From a virus (lineage: Duplodnaviria > Heunggongvirae > Uroviricota > Caudoviricetes), in IMG/VR virus record IMGVR_UViG_2778261135_000004: a DNA stretch of 34,410 bases; one strand, written 5' to 3'. Positions 1 to 9,083 of the stretch are shown piece after piece (positions within the stretch are counted from its first letter, which is position 1; each line of letters begins with the position of its first letter). The position numbers and the translations under genes were made by a program. The notes under the pieces were generated by a model. That model searched no databases. It saw only the letters and a list, made by a program, of their open reading frames with translations, and was not told the origin of the DNA.

Positions 1-318
1 ATGAAAAAGATAGCTGCTATATCATTAATTAGTATTTTTATTATGTCTGGTTGTGCTGTGCATAATGATGAGACAAGTATCGGTAAATTTGGTCTTGCAT
101 ATAAAAGTAATATTCAGCGTAAACTCGATAACCAATACTACACCGAAGCCGAAGCTTCTTTAGCCAGGGGCAGAATATCTGGTGCAGAAAATATAGTAAA
201 AAATGATGCAGCCCATTTCTGTGTTACTCAGGGCAAAAAAATGCAGATAGTTGACCTGAAGACAGAAGGTGCAGGATTACATGGCGTCGCTCGTCTGACA
301 TTCAAATGTGGAGAGTGA
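1..318 (+). CDS. yegR: Host small lipoprotein (YegR-like), 105 aa
   Basis: Complete ORF at window start; N-terminal signal peptide with lipobox (IFIMSGC); lies outside the att repeat, so host rather than phage. Symbol from recalled similarity to E. coli YegR, not from a search. Confidence 0.7.
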   Translation: MKKIAAISLISIFIMSGCAVHNDETSIGKFGLAYKSNIQRKLDNQYYTEAEASLARGRISGAENIVKNDAAHFCVTQGKKMQIVDLKTEGAGLHGVARLTFKCGE

Positions 319-476
319 GAATATTTTTTGGTAAGCGTCAAACATGCGCGTTCTGGTTGTGCTTAGCCGGAACCTGTGCGAGCACGATGCCGTTACGTGA
401 AAGGCATCGTGCTATGAAGGGAGATTCTATCGATGTGGTCAATGGAAGACGGTGACCAGGGATAGGGCTTATGCAT

Positions 477-503
477 AAAAAATAAGCCCGTGTAAGGGAG
501 ATT
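477..503. repeat. attL: attL core (27-bp direct repeat AAAAAATAAGCCCGTGTAAGGGAGATT)
   Basis: Exact 27-bp copy of the sequence at 32878..32904; immediately adjacent to int 3' end; matches the P2 att core as I recall it. Confidence 0.9.
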
Positions 504-582
504 TAGGGTGTCACCATTAGGGGCTTTCAACGGTACAATGCGGGTTTGAGCGGCATAAATTACCACTGAAAGCCCTTAAACG

Positions 583-1596
583 TTACTCTACTGTGGACAC
601 TGTGTGGACACTCTCAGCCTCAGTACCACCTCTTAGCGGATTAAGAGAAATGGCGTCCTGAAGGTACTCTGGCGCAAAATGAGCGTAAACCATAGTTTGC
701 TCAATCCGTGTGTGACCTAGTATCCGTTGTAGCGTGATAATACTTCCTCCATTAATCATGAAATGAGTGGCAAAGCTGTGCCTTAGTGCATGTGTGGCTT
801 GCCCCATTGGCAAATCCGGTTTTATTGCTTTCATTGTTCGTCTGAAGCGAGGGTAATCAGCATCAGGGAATAAAAAACCTCGTTTGTTATCCGCGATCAT
901 TTTGGCAACAGCCTCTGAGATCGGGACGGTGCGTGGTTTGTTTGTTTTCGTTTTAACAAACGTGACGCGGTTATGGATAATATTTTCTGCTTTCAAACGA
1001 GCTGCTTCTCCCCAACGTGCTCCAGTACTCAGGCAAAGAATCGCAATCTTTTTGTTGTCGCCGTCAAGAGCAGCAAGCAGTAAGGCAATTTCTTCCTGCG
1101 TGAGATAGCCTGTGTCTGGTTTTTCCTCCTTAAGCCTTTTTGTCCCTCTGATAGGGTGCTCACCAAAGAATAACTCCGCTTCAATCAGGGCTGTAAACAT
1201 GCCGCTAATACATGTTAAATCACGATTGATACTCGAAGGTTTAATACCCTGACTTCTTCGGGTGGCGCAGTACTGGCTGATAAGCGATTTCGTAATTTGA
1301 AATGCGCATGGGTCATTCGTTATTTTTGTGAAGATTTCAATTTTTCCAAGATTAGATCTCCCATGCTCTTCGTGTTTACCCTTTAAATCCCACCAGATCT
1401 GTGTCAGCTCCGACAGACGTCGCTTGTCTGTTGGTTTTGATAGCCATTCTTTATTGTGGTGGTTGTACAACGTGTATTTCTCGAAAGCGACAGCTTCGCT
1501 TTTCTTATCAAACTTCCTACGGATGCGTTTTCCATTACGTCCAGTAGGGCGGATGTCCACTTCATATCGACCATCATCGAGTTTTTTGATTGCCAT
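583..1596 (-). CDS. int: Tyrosine integrase (P2 Int-like), 337 aa
   Basis: 337-aa ORF adjacent to attL; C-terminal catalytic region with R..HxxR..Y motifs (ALRHSFATH..., MVYAHF); length and sequence recognisably P2 Int. Confidence 0.95.
   Translation of the reverse strand: MAIKKLDDGRYEVDIRPTGRNGKRIRRKFDKKSEAVAFEKYTLYNHHNKEWLSKPTDKRRLSELTQIWWDLKGKHEEHGRSNLGKIEIFTKITNDPCAFQITKSLISQYCATRRSQGIKPSSINRDLTCISGMFTALIEAELFFGEHPIRGTKRLKEEKPDTGYLTQEEIALLLAALDGDNKKIAILCLSTGARWGEAARLKAENIIHNRVTFVKTKTNKPRTVPISEAVAKMIADNKRGFLFPDADYPRFRRTMKAIKPDLPMGQATHALRHSFATHFMINGGSIITLQRILGHTRIEQTMVYAHFAPEYLQDAISLNPLRGGTEAESVHTVSTVE
592..611. promoter_or_regulatory. Putative Int arm-type binding sites (P' arm): two direct TGTGGACAC repeats 11 bp apart
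   Basis: Direct repeats TGTGGACAC at 592..600 and 603..611, one helical turn apart, next to the att core and overlapping the int 3' end; similar TGTGGNC repeats occur in the opposite arm at 32819..32837. Confidence 0.6.
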
Positions 1597-1711
1597 CAGA
1601 AAACCCTCCGAGTGGTGTGTTTTTTTGCGACTACTAATCGCTTTTTTCGTGGTGGCTGAAATTTAGCCACCAATAGTAGGCACTTGTGATGAATATATTC
1701 ACGATGAATTG

Positions 1712-2011
1712 TTAACCAGTCTTTTGACCGGAGTGGGGCGACGTTGTTTCGTTTTGCCCAAAGTGTGCGAGAGCGGGCGCAATTTGCCCGGACTCAGGAG
1801 CGATCTGATTGGTCATGAACCATAAAGTGTATTTGGTGAATTGTGGGGTCTGCAGGATGTTCATCATGACATCTGTTGGAGGTGTTGAACGACCACTTTC
1901 ATAGTAACTCAGCGTGCCATACGGAACCCCTGTTAAATCAGCAAGTTGTTGTCTGCTCAAATACTCTGATTTTCGCATTAAGACTATCTTCTCGCTTATC
2001 GTGTTTGACAT
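1712..2011 (-). CDS. C: Immunity repressor C (P2 C-like), 99 aa
   Basis: 99-aa ORF upstream of and co-oriented with int, divergent from cox; HTH segment (LSRQQLADLTGVPYGTLSYYESG); P2 C length. Confidence 0.9.
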   Translation of the reverse strand: MSNTISEKIVLMRKSEYLSRQQLADLTGVPYGTLSYYESGRSTPPTDVMMNILQTPQFTKYTLWFMTNQIAPESGQIAPALAHFGQNETTSPHSGQKTG

Positions 2012-2014
2012 GGT

Positions 2015-2044
2015 GTTTAGATCTCAATAGTATTTAGTTTAGAT
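2015..2044. promoter_or_regulatory. Early control region: two direct GTTTAGAT repeats (putative C operator half-sites O1/O2) within the divergent Pc/Pe promoter region
   Basis: GTTTAGAT at 2015..2022 and 2037..2044, 22 bp apart (two helical turns), in the 114-bp gap between divergent C and cox; matches the known P2 operator arrangement of direct repeats. Confidence 0.6.
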
Positions 2045-2125
2045 GTAGATTGTTTAGTGCTTGAATGTGGGCACTAAAAGGCATTATAAGGCATTAAACG
2101 CAATTCATGAGGGCTGGAGGACGAC

Positions 2126-2401
2126 ATGAGCAAGCAAGTAACACTCATGACTGATGCGATTCCTTATCAGGAGTTCGCAAAACTAATAGGAAAATCGACA
2201 GGAGCGGTTCGTCGGATGATCGATAAAGGAAAGCTGCCTGTAATTGATATGACCGATCCACAATCAGCTTCAGGTCGTGCAGGTGAATATTGGGTATACC
2301 TTCCGGCATGGAATAACGGACTAAAACTGGCTTATGAAAGCCGTCCTAAAGAGATTCGTGACGGCTGGTTGATGTGGTTAGGTCTCGGTGAACCACGTTA
2401 A
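2126..2401 (+). CDS. cox: Cox excisionase / early-promoter regulator, 91 aa
   Basis: 91-aa ORF, first gene of the rightward early operon divergent from C; P2 Cox length and sequence. Confidence 0.9.
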   Translation: MSKQVTLMTDAIPYQEFAKLIGKSTGAVRRMIDKGKLPVIDMTDPQSASGRAGEYWVYLPAWNNGLKLAYESRPKEIRDGWLMWLGLGEPR

Positions 2402-2411
2402 GGAGAACCGT

Positions 2412-2582
2412 ATGAATGAGCCTCGTTGTATTGCTCAGTTATTGCGTAACGAAAGCCCCAGGGCGATTGACTTCACCATCACCCACGGTAAGGGGCGTAA
2501 GGGAATCATTATCCGCACCAAAAAACAGAGTCCGTTAAAAAAGGCTCTGACCTTTCTGAAAAGCCGGAGGGTCTGGAAATGA
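2412..2582 (+). CDS. Small early protein (P2 orf78-like), 56 aa
   Basis: ATG at 2412 preceded by AGGAG (2402..2406); the 2388 start in the ORF track is a GTG inside the cox 3' end; stop overlaps B start (ATGA). Confidence 0.7.
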   Translation: MNEPRCIAQLLRNESPRAIDFTITHGKGRKGIIIRTKKQSPLKKALTFLKSRRVWK

Positions 2583-3079
2583 CAGTGATGACGCTCAATC
2601 TCGTTGAAAAACAGCCAGCAACTATGCGCCGGATAATTGGTAAGCATCTTGCCGTCCCTCGCTGGCAGGAGACATGCGATTATTATAATCAGATGATGGA
2701 ACGCGAACGGCTAACGGTTTGCTTCCATGCGCAGTTAAAACAGCGTCACGCAACGATGCGTTTTGAAGAAATGAACGACGTCGAACGTGAACGACTGGTA
2801 TGTGCAATTGATGAATTGCGTGGGGCATTCTCAAAACGCCGTCAGGTTGGCGCAAGTGAGTATGCATATATTAGTTTTTTAACAGTCAGTCAGCGCCGTA
2901 CTTTATTTATGCATGCCGGATTGACTGAAAAAGAATTTAACCAGCCATACTGGCGAATTAATGAAGAGTCATGTTACTGGCGTGATGCTTTATTCCGTGC
3001 GTTACGTGAATTATTCAGTCTGTTTGAGTATGCACCGACAATTCTGACGTCGGTAAAACCAGAGCAATATCTGCATTAA
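2579..3079 (+). CDS. B: Replication protein B (helicase-loader-like), 166 aa
   Basis: 166-aa ORF in the early operon; P2 gpB length and sequence. Confidence 0.9.
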   Translation: MTVMTLNLVEKQPATMRRIIGKHLAVPRWQETCDYYNQMMERERLTVCFHAQLKQRHATMRFEEMNDVERERLVCAIDELRGAFSKRRQVGASEYAYISFLTVSQRRTLFMHAGLTEKEFNQPYWRINEESCYWRDALFRALRELFSLFEYAPTILTSVKPEQYLH

Positions 3080-3142
3080 GTAATTAACCAGAGTTTTTAA
3101 CGCACTTAATCGTGCGGGGCTTCTTTTTGCCTGGAGAAAGTC

Positions 3143-3367
3143 ATGCATACAGTTTCTGAAAATCAGTGCGGTAAATACGCATTACTGCTGCAACAGGCCA
3201 GAACCGAAGCACAGGCCGACGCAGCGACGCGCTTTTCTTCTCATCTTGACGCCATGATTCGCCACATCACAAAGGCGGAGTTATCCCGCGTGGAGATAGT
3301 CGAGCTGCTCAGTCAGGAGTCGGAAAAATTTCACAATATCGGATTATCTCGCGGGGAGGTGCTTTGA
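3143..3367 (+). CDS. Hypothetical early protein (P2 orf80-like), 74 aa
   Basis: Position between B and A in early operon; RBS-like GGAGAAAG upstream. Confidence 0.75.
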   Translation: MHTVSENQCGKYALLLQQARTEAQADAATRFSSHLDAMIRHITKAELSRVEIVELLSQESEKFHNIGLSRGEVL

Positions 3368-3669
3368 TGTCCTGTTCTCATTCAGTTGTATTACTGAATA
3401 ACGCCTTAAAAATCGCTGTTATGAAAAATGGCGATTTATCTCTTATTCAACTTGGTCTTGATAAAGAAAAACGCGAAATAACTGAGTCTGTTATCGCGAT
3501 TTATCAGAACGAATTAAATCTCCTGTCTGATGTGGTCAATTTACTTGTTAAACGCGCTGTATTTCACAAGCAAATCTCCTCCGTGGATGAACTGACGAAA
3601 TTAACGACAGAAATTGCCAGCTATTGCGCTGATGAATTTAAAAAACTTAACGACAAAAGGAGCTGGTAA
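3364..3669 (+). CDS. Hypothetical early protein (P2 orf81-like), 101 aa
   Basis: Start overlaps previous stop (ATGA-type coupling); notably lower G+C than neighbours. Confidence 0.75.
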   Translation: MMSCSHSVVLLNNALKIAVMKNGDLSLIQLGLDKEKREITESVIAIYQNELNLLSDVVNLLVKRAVFHKQISSVDELTKLTTEIASYCADEFKKLNDKRSW

Positions 3670-3893
3670 TGCCGGACAACGTAGATTTTATTCAGGAACA
3701 ACAGGCTGAATTACTGGAGCGCCAGATTAACGCGGCAAGAGTAAAACATTGCGGTGCTTCTGCGCTGGTTTGCGAAGAGTGTGACGCGCCAATACCTGCT
3801 GCCCGTCGTGCGGCTTATCCGTCAGCCACGCGTTGTGTTTCCTGTCAGTCAGTCTTTGAAGCAAAAAACAAACATTACCGGAGAATGGCATGA
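3669..3893 (+). CDS. TraR/DksA-type C4 zinc-finger protein (P2 orf82-like), 74 aa
   Basis: Cys pairs CEECDAPIP...CVSCQ typical of the TraR/DksA zinc-finger family; position in early operon. Confidence 0.8.
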   Translation: MPDNVDFIQEQQAELLERQINAARVKHCGASALVCEECDAPIPAARRAAYPSATRCVSCQSVFEAKNKHYRRMA

Positions 3894-4165
3894 GCATTCG
3901 TATTGAAATTGGCGAACGTTATGTCGTTACCAGTGACAGCTTTCAGTTTATTCTCCACGAGAAAAAGAGAGCGGAAAGCGGTAAAAACGCCGGTCAGGAA
4001 TGGCTGGCGGTGGTTGGTTATTACCCGAAATTAAGCCAGCTCGTTTCCGGCCTGATGCATCACGATATTCTGACCGGAAGCGCAAAGTCTTTTGCTGATT
4101 TAAACGCGCAGGTTGAGCAACTCAGCAGGCGTTGTTCAGAGGCTTTTGGCTCATATGGCCGTTAA
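3890..4165 (+). CDS. Hypothetical early protein (P2 orf83-like), 91 aa
   Basis: Translationally coupled ORF immediately upstream of A; overlaps A start by 11 nt. Confidence 0.75.
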   Translation: MSIRIEIGERYVVTSDSFQFILHEKKRAESGKNAGQEWLAVVGYYPKLSQLVSGLMHHDILTGSAKSFADLNAQVEQLSRRCSEAFGSYGR

Positions 4166-6422
4166 AGCCTCCGGGCGTTTTGTCCCTCCGTCAGCATTTG
4201 CCGCAGGCACCGGTAAGACGTTTACCGGTGCTTATGCATGGAACGCGCCACGTGAGGCTGTCGGGCGCGAAAGACCCCTTACACGTGACGAGATGCGTCA
4301 GGTGCAAGGTGTTTTATCCACGATTAACCGCCTGCCTTACTTTTTGCGCTCGCTGTTTACTTCACGTTATGACTACATCCGGCGCAATAAAAGCCCGGTG
4401 CACGGGTTTTATTTCCTCACATCCACTTTTCAGCGTCGTTTATGGCCGCGCATTGAGCGTGTGAATCAGCGCCATGAAATGAACACCGACGCGTCGTTGC
4501 TGTTTCTGGCAGAGCGTGACCACTATGCGCGCCTGCCGGGAATGAATGACAAGGAGCTGAAAAAATTTGCCGCCCGTATCTCATCGCAGCTTTTCATGAT
4601 GTATGAGGAACTCAGCGATGCCTGGGTGGATGCGCATGGCGAAAAAGAATCGCTGTTTACGGATGAGGCGCAGGCTCACCTCTATGGTCATGTTGCTGGC
4701 GCTGCACGTGCTTTCAATATTTCCCCGCTCTACTGGAAAAAATACCGTAAAGGACAGATGACCACGAGGCAGGCATATTCTGCCATTGCCCGTCTGTTTA
4801 ACGATGAGTGGTGGACTCATCAGCTTAAAGGCCAGCGTATGCGCTGGCATGAGGCGTTACTGATCGCTGTCGGGGAGGTCAATAAAGACCGTTCTCCTTA
4901 TGCCAGTAAACATGCCATTCGTGATGTACGTGCACGCCGCCAGGCAAATCTGGAATTTCTTAAATCGTGTGACCTTGAAAACAGGGAAACCGGCGAGCGC
5001 ATCGACCTTATCAGTAAGGTGATGGGCAGTATTTCTAATCCTGAAATTCGCCGGATGGAGCTGATGAACACCATCGCCGGTATTGAGCGTTACGCCGCCG
5101 CAGAGGGTGATGTGGGGATGTTTATCACGCTGACCGCGCCGTCAAAGTATCATCCGACACGTCAGGTCAGAAAAGGCGAAAGTAAAACCGTCCAGCTAAA
5201 TCACGGCTGGAACGATGAGGCATTTAATCCAAAGGATGCGCAGCGTTATCTCTGCCGTATCTGGAGCCTGATGCGCACGGCATTCAAGGATAATGATTTA
5301 CAGGTCTACGGTTTGCGAGTCGTCGAGCCACACCACGACGGAACGCCGCACTGGCATATGATGCTTTTTTGTAATCCACGCCAGCGTAACCAGATTATCG
5401 AAATCATGCGTCGCTATGCGCTCAAAGAGGATGGCGACGAAAGAGGAGCCGCGCGAAACCGTTTTCAGGCAAAACATCTTAACCGGGGCGGTGCTGCGGG
5501 GTATATCGCGAAATACATCTCAAAAAACATCGATGGCTATGCACTGGATGGTCAGCTCGATAACGATACCGGCAGGCCGCTGAAAGATACTGCTGCGGCT
5601 GTTACCGCATGGGCGTCAACGTGGCGCATCCCGCAATTTAAAACGGTTGGCCTGCCGACAATGGGGGCTTACCGTGAACTACGCAAATTGCCTCGCGGCG
5701 TCAGCATTGCTGATGAGTTTGACGAACGCGTTGAGGCTGCACGTGCCGCCGCAGACAGTGGTGATTTTGCGTTGTATATCAGCGCGCAGGGTGGGGCAAA
5801 TGTTCCGCGTGATTGCCAGACTGTCAGAGTCGCCCGTAGCCCGTCGGATGACGTTAACGAGTACGAGGAAGAAGTCGAGAGAGTGGTCGGCATTTACGCG
5901 CCGCATCTCGGCGCGCGTCATATTCATATCACCAGAACGACGGACTGGCGCATTGTGCCGAAAGTTCCGGTCGTTGAGCCTTTGACTTTAAAAAGCGGCA
6001 TCGCTGCGCCTCGGAGTCCTGTCAATAACTGTGGAAAGCTCACCGGTGGTGATACTTCGTTACCGGCTCCCACACCTTCTGAGCACGCTGCAGCAGTGCT
6101 TAATCTGGTTGATGACGGTGTCATCGAATGGAGTGACCCGGAGGTCGTGAGGGCGCTCAGGGGCGCATTAAAACACGACCTGAGAACACCAAACCGTCAG
6201 CAAAGAAACGGAAGCCCGTTAAAACCACATGAAATTGCACCATCGGCCAGACTGACCCGGTCGGAAAGAATGCAAATCACCCGTATCCGCGTTGACCTTG
6301 CTCAGAACGGTATCAGGCCGCAGCGATGGGAGCTTGAGGCGCTGGCGCGTGGCGCGACTGTAAATTATGACGGGAAACAATTCATGTATCTGGTCGCTGA
6401 TGAGTGGATAGGTTTTAGGTGA
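4155..6422 (+). CDS. A: Replication initiation endonuclease A (rolling-circle initiator), ~755 aa
   Basis: Begins MAVKASGRFVPP... at ATG 4155 (ORF track start 4113 is an upstream extension); contains the HxH-type motif (TPHWHMMLF) and the Tyr-containing region (YIAKYISKNIDGY) expected of P2 gpA-family initiators. Confidence 0.9.
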   Translation: MAVKASGRFVPPSAFAAGTGKTFTGAYAWNAPREAVGRERPLTRDEMRQVQGVLSTINRLPYFLRSLFTSRYDYIRRNKSPVHGFYFLTSTFQRRLWPRIERVNQRHEMNTDASLLFLAERDHYARLPGMNDKELKKFAARISSQLFMMYEELSDAWVDAHGEKESLFTDEAQAHLYGHVAGAARAFNISPLYWKKYRKGQMTTRQAYSAIARLFNDEWWTHQLKGQRMRWHEALLIAVGEVNKDRSPYASKHAIRDVRARRQANLEFLKSCDLENRETGERIDLISKVMGSISNPEIRRMELMNTIAGIERYAAAEGDVGMFITLTAPSKYHPTRQVRKGESKTVQLNHGWNDEAFNPKDAQRYLCRIWSLMRTAFKDNDLQVYGLRVVEPHHDGTPHWHMMLFCNPRQRNQIIEIMRRYALKEDGDERGAARNRFQAKHLNRGGAAGYIAKYISKNIDGYALDGQLDNDTGRPLKDTAAAVTAWASTWRIPQFKTVGLPTMGAYRELRKLPRGVSIADEFDERVEAARAAADSGDFALYISAQGGANVPRDCQTVRVARSPSDDVNEYEEEVERVVGIYAPHLGARHIHITRTTDWRIVPKVPVVEPLTLKSGIAAPRSPVNNCGKLTGGDTSLPAPTPSEHAAAVLNLVDDGVIEWSDPEVVRALRGALKHDLRTPNRQQRNGSPLKPHEIAPSARLTRSERMQITRIRVDLAQNGIRPQRWELEALARGATVNYDGKQFMYLVADEWIGFR

Positions 6423-6440
6423 TGTAGAAATTAATGCGGT

Positions 6441-6465
6441 TAAAAAGTAAGAAACTTACTTTTTG
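6441..6465 (+). terminator. Putative intrinsic terminator downstream of A
   Basis: AAAAAGTAAG-AAA-CTTACTTTTT hairpin with T-run about 20 nt after the A stop codon; AT-rich stem, so weak. Confidence 0.4.
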
Positions 6466-6688
6466 GAGTATAAACATTTTAGTTGTCGAGTAAGGAGCCT
6501 CTGCGATATGGCAATTTCATGTGGTGATATTATGATTTCAAACTTGATTATTAGTATTGCAAGATAAGTTTGCAGTAGGTAACGAGCGTGTAAGGTATTG
6601 TGAGTTTTGTTGTTGTGCATTATATTGATTTTCTTAAGTTTATTGTGTTGGTTGTAATTGAAACTTAACAATTAATTAAGGAAAAAGA

Positions 6689-9040
6689 ATGTTAAAGAGG
6701 ATTAAATTAATAGAGGGCGTAGGTAACTATATTAAAGCTCGCTCCAGCTCTTATGAGTTTAATAACATGAATGTTATCTACGGTGAAAATAGACATGGTA
6801 AAAGTACTCTTTGTGACATCTTTTATTCTTTATCAACGAATACTCCTGAATTGGTTGTTAACAGAAAGACTATTCTGGAGGGAGATGGTGAAGTAATTCC
6901 AAGGATTGATTTACAATTCACAGAGGGGAGTTCAAATAGAGTTGTTTCATTTTATGTAGATAAATGGTCAGGATTACCACCACCAGATTCTAAATTATAT
7001 ATCTTTGATCAGAGTTTTGTTCATAGAAATGTAATGGCAGGTACAGTATCTAATCGAGAAAACTCTGAATGTGTTACTGCATTTATTTTGGGTGAAGACA
7101 ATGTTGCTGCTTTTGAAGCTCTGGAAAAGGAGAATGCAGAATTAAGAAGTTTAAGAGGTTCGTTAAGAAGTAAAAAAGATTTAATTCAATCACACCAAAT
7201 TGATAACGTTGATGAGTATGCTAATAGTGAGCCTGTCATAACAGATTATGATTGCGTTGACTCAAAAATAAATGAGCTTATTAAGTCAATACAAGAAGTT
7301 GAAAAGAAGAAAACAGCCGTCAAATATATTAAAGCAAGGCCGTTGTTTAATTTAATTAACTGTACACCAAAGTTGAAAGATATTTCAATTAGGGTTAATA
7401 AATGTCTTTCTTCTGGAATGGCTACAATTCATGACGATGCACTTTCTATATTAGAGCGACATAAAGAGAGAATAAAGGCTCACGATCATTTTAATGGATG
7501 GATCTCAAACGGGCTTGGTATGGCCACAGAAATATGTCCATTTTGCGGTCAGAGTATATCAGGAGAATCAAAAGAGCTGATTAGTGCTTATAAGGATTCA
7601 TTTGATGAGTCATTTATGCGCTTTATTGAAAGTACAAAAAAAGAATTAAAAGAAATAAGGCGGATTGATTTTTCATTTATCTCATTAAATGTAATTGATG
7701 ATGTACATAGCAAAAACATTGATGTTTTGTCACAGTATTTAGAGAATGAGATAAAAAATGAATTAAGTAATAATGGAAGGTTTGAGTCATGTTGTGCTAT
7801 TTATAATCAAGTAAGAAATGATATATTGACATTTAACCAAGATCTACTTAAGGCTCAGCAATCACTGGAGTGTATATATGATGAGAAAGAATTAGCTGTA
7901 TACAACGAAATGAAGGGGTTTGATTTTTCGGCTCTTCTACAATTTGAGCATGAAATTCATGGCAAATTGGAATCATACAATAGCATTATTAATCAGCTCA
8001 ATGATGAGTTGGTGAAGTATAAAGAAAGTATCAATTCCACCAAATTAGATGTATTACTGGGAATCTATCAAAAAGATCTTGAGCAGTGGGAATCTAATAA
8101 AAAAAGATTATTGCTTGAGCCAGATTGTCGAGAATATCTTGAACTGAAAAAAGAAATAGATATTAGGGAAAAAAACTATAATGAGAAGAAGAAAACATTA
8201 GAGGAATGCCAGGAGCAATTTTTAAACAAATATTTTGAGCACATTAATTCTCTGTTCTGTTCTGTTGGATCTAGTAAATTTTCTATAAATAAAAAAATAA
8301 ACAGGCAGGGTACAAAAATTGTTTATGAACTTGACGTTTCATTTAATGGGAAGGCAGTTGGAAAAAACAAACTTAATTGTTTGTTTAGTGAGTCAGATCG
8401 CCGAGCTTTGGCTTTGTGCATCTTTCTTTCTAAAATTTACTTGTTACCTAATGATGAGAAATCAAAAGCTATTCTTATTATGGATGATCCTGTAACAAGT
8501 TTTGATGAGGAAAGAATATCTTGTATTTTGCAGAAGTTGTATGAATTACAGCCTTATGTAAAACAGATGTTTATTACTACACACTATAAAGGAATGGCAG
8601 CAAAGACATCTCAAAAATTTAATTTGGATAGAATTCTTCAGATCAAACAAGGTCAAGACGGTTCTAATTTTGAACCGCTGAAGGTAGAGCAATTAATAGC
8701 TTCAGACCATGAGAGATCCTATGAGAGGATTGTTGATTTTATAAATGGTGTGGATACTGATAAGACAATAATACTATCTTTAAGGCCATATCTTGAATCA
8801 GAATTCCGTTCTCGTTATCGCAAACAACTGACAGACTGCAACTTAAATGATAGAACGGATTTTTCTGTGTGTATTAATCGACTGGCTGAAGATGGTATTT
8901 TGGAAGAGGAGACGGCCAGAAGAATTCATGGGTTTAGAACTGCACTCAATGAGCCTATGCACGTTATCCGTGAATGGACTGATGAAGATATGAAAAGTTA
9001 TGCGCAGGATATGCTACGCCTAATATATACAGAACTTTAA
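6689..9040 (+). CDS. Cargo gene at the tin/old hotspot: Rad50/RloC-like ABC ATPase with CxxC coiled-coil insert and uncharacterised C-terminal domain, 783 aa (candidate anti-phage defence protein)
   Basis: Walker A GENRHGKST (aa 32-40); long K/E-rich coiled-coil insert with CPFC (aa 283-286); signature-like SESDRRALAL (aa 567-576); Walker B/D-loop ILIMDDPVTSFD (aa 595-606); H-loop TTHY (aa 631-634); ~150-aa C-terminal domain without obvious TOPRIM motifs. Strongly AT-rich relative to the prophage backbone; RBS AAGGAAAAAGA upstream. Confidence 0.8.
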   Translation: MLKRIKLIEGVGNYIKARSSSYEFNNMNVIYGENRHGKSTLCDIFYSLSTNTPELVVNRKTILEGDGEVIPRIDLQFTEGSSNRVVSFYVDKWSGLPPPDSKLYIFDQSFVHRNVMAGTVSNRENSECVTAFILGEDNVAAFEALEKENAELRSLRGSLRSKKDLIQSHQIDNVDEYANSEPVITDYDCVDSKINELIKSIQEVEKKKTAVKYIKARPLFNLINCTPKLKDISIRVNKCLSSGMATIHDDALSILERHKERIKAHDHFNGWISNGLGMATEICPFCGQSISGESKELISAYKDSFDESFMRFIESTKKELKEIRRIDFSFISLNVIDDVHSKNIDVLSQYLENEIKNELSNNGRFESCCAIYNQVRNDILTFNQDLLKAQQSLECIYDEKELAVYNEMKGFDFSALLQFEHEIHGKLESYNSIINQLNDELVKYKESINSTKLDVLLGIYQKDLEQWESNKKRLLLEPDCREYLELKKEIDIREKNYNEKKKTLEECQEQFLNKYFEHINSLFCSVGSSKFSINKKINRQGTKIVYELDVSFNGKAVGKNKLNCLFSESDRRALALCIFLSKIYLLPNDEKSKAILIMDDPVTSFDEERISCILQKLYELQPYVKQMFITTHYKGMAAKTSQKFNLDRILQIKQGQDGSNFEPLKVEQLIASDHERSYERIVDFINGVDTDKTIILSLRPYLESEFRSRYRKQLTDCNLNDRTDFSVCINRLAEDGILEEETARRIHGFRTALNEPMHVIREWTDEDMKSYAQDMLRLIYTEL

Positions 9041-9057
9041 GGCTTATAATTTGCATA

Positions 9058-9083
9058 CCAGTGCATGTATTTGCATGCACTGG
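9058..9083 (+). terminator. Perfect 10-bp inverted repeat (CCAGTGCATG / CATGCACTGG), possible terminator of the cargo gene
   Basis: Hairpin 18 nt after the cargo gene stop; a T-run (TTTTT) follows about 10 nt after the stem, so not a canonical terminator geometry. Confidence 0.35.

Noticed and set aside
477-503. tRNA or tmRNA gene as the integration target.
   Set aside because: No tRNA-like cloverleaf is apparent around either att copy; the att core is intergenic between protein-coding genes, consistent with P2-type integration.
1651-1671. Hairpin GGTGGCT-GAAATTT-AGCCACC between C and int.
   Set aside because: Short 7-bp stem without a T-run; C and int are co-transcribed in P2, so a terminator here is not expected. 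Possibly an IHF or regulatory site, but unsupported.
6456-6671. 71-aa ORF on the minus strand in the AT-rich gap between A and the cargo ATPase gene.
   Set aside because: Low-complexity Asn/Lys/Ile-rich translation typical of AT-rich non-coding DNA; no convincing RBS; more likely the promoter/leader region of the cargo gene.
6689-9040. Calling the 783-aa cargo ATPase a P2 Old homologue.
   Set aside because: Old-family proteins combine the ATPase with a C-terminal TOPRIM nuclease; I see no TOPRIM-like acidic motifs, and the protein is about 200 aa longer with a CxxC-containing coiled-coil insert. Left as an unassigned Rad50/RloC-like ATPase.
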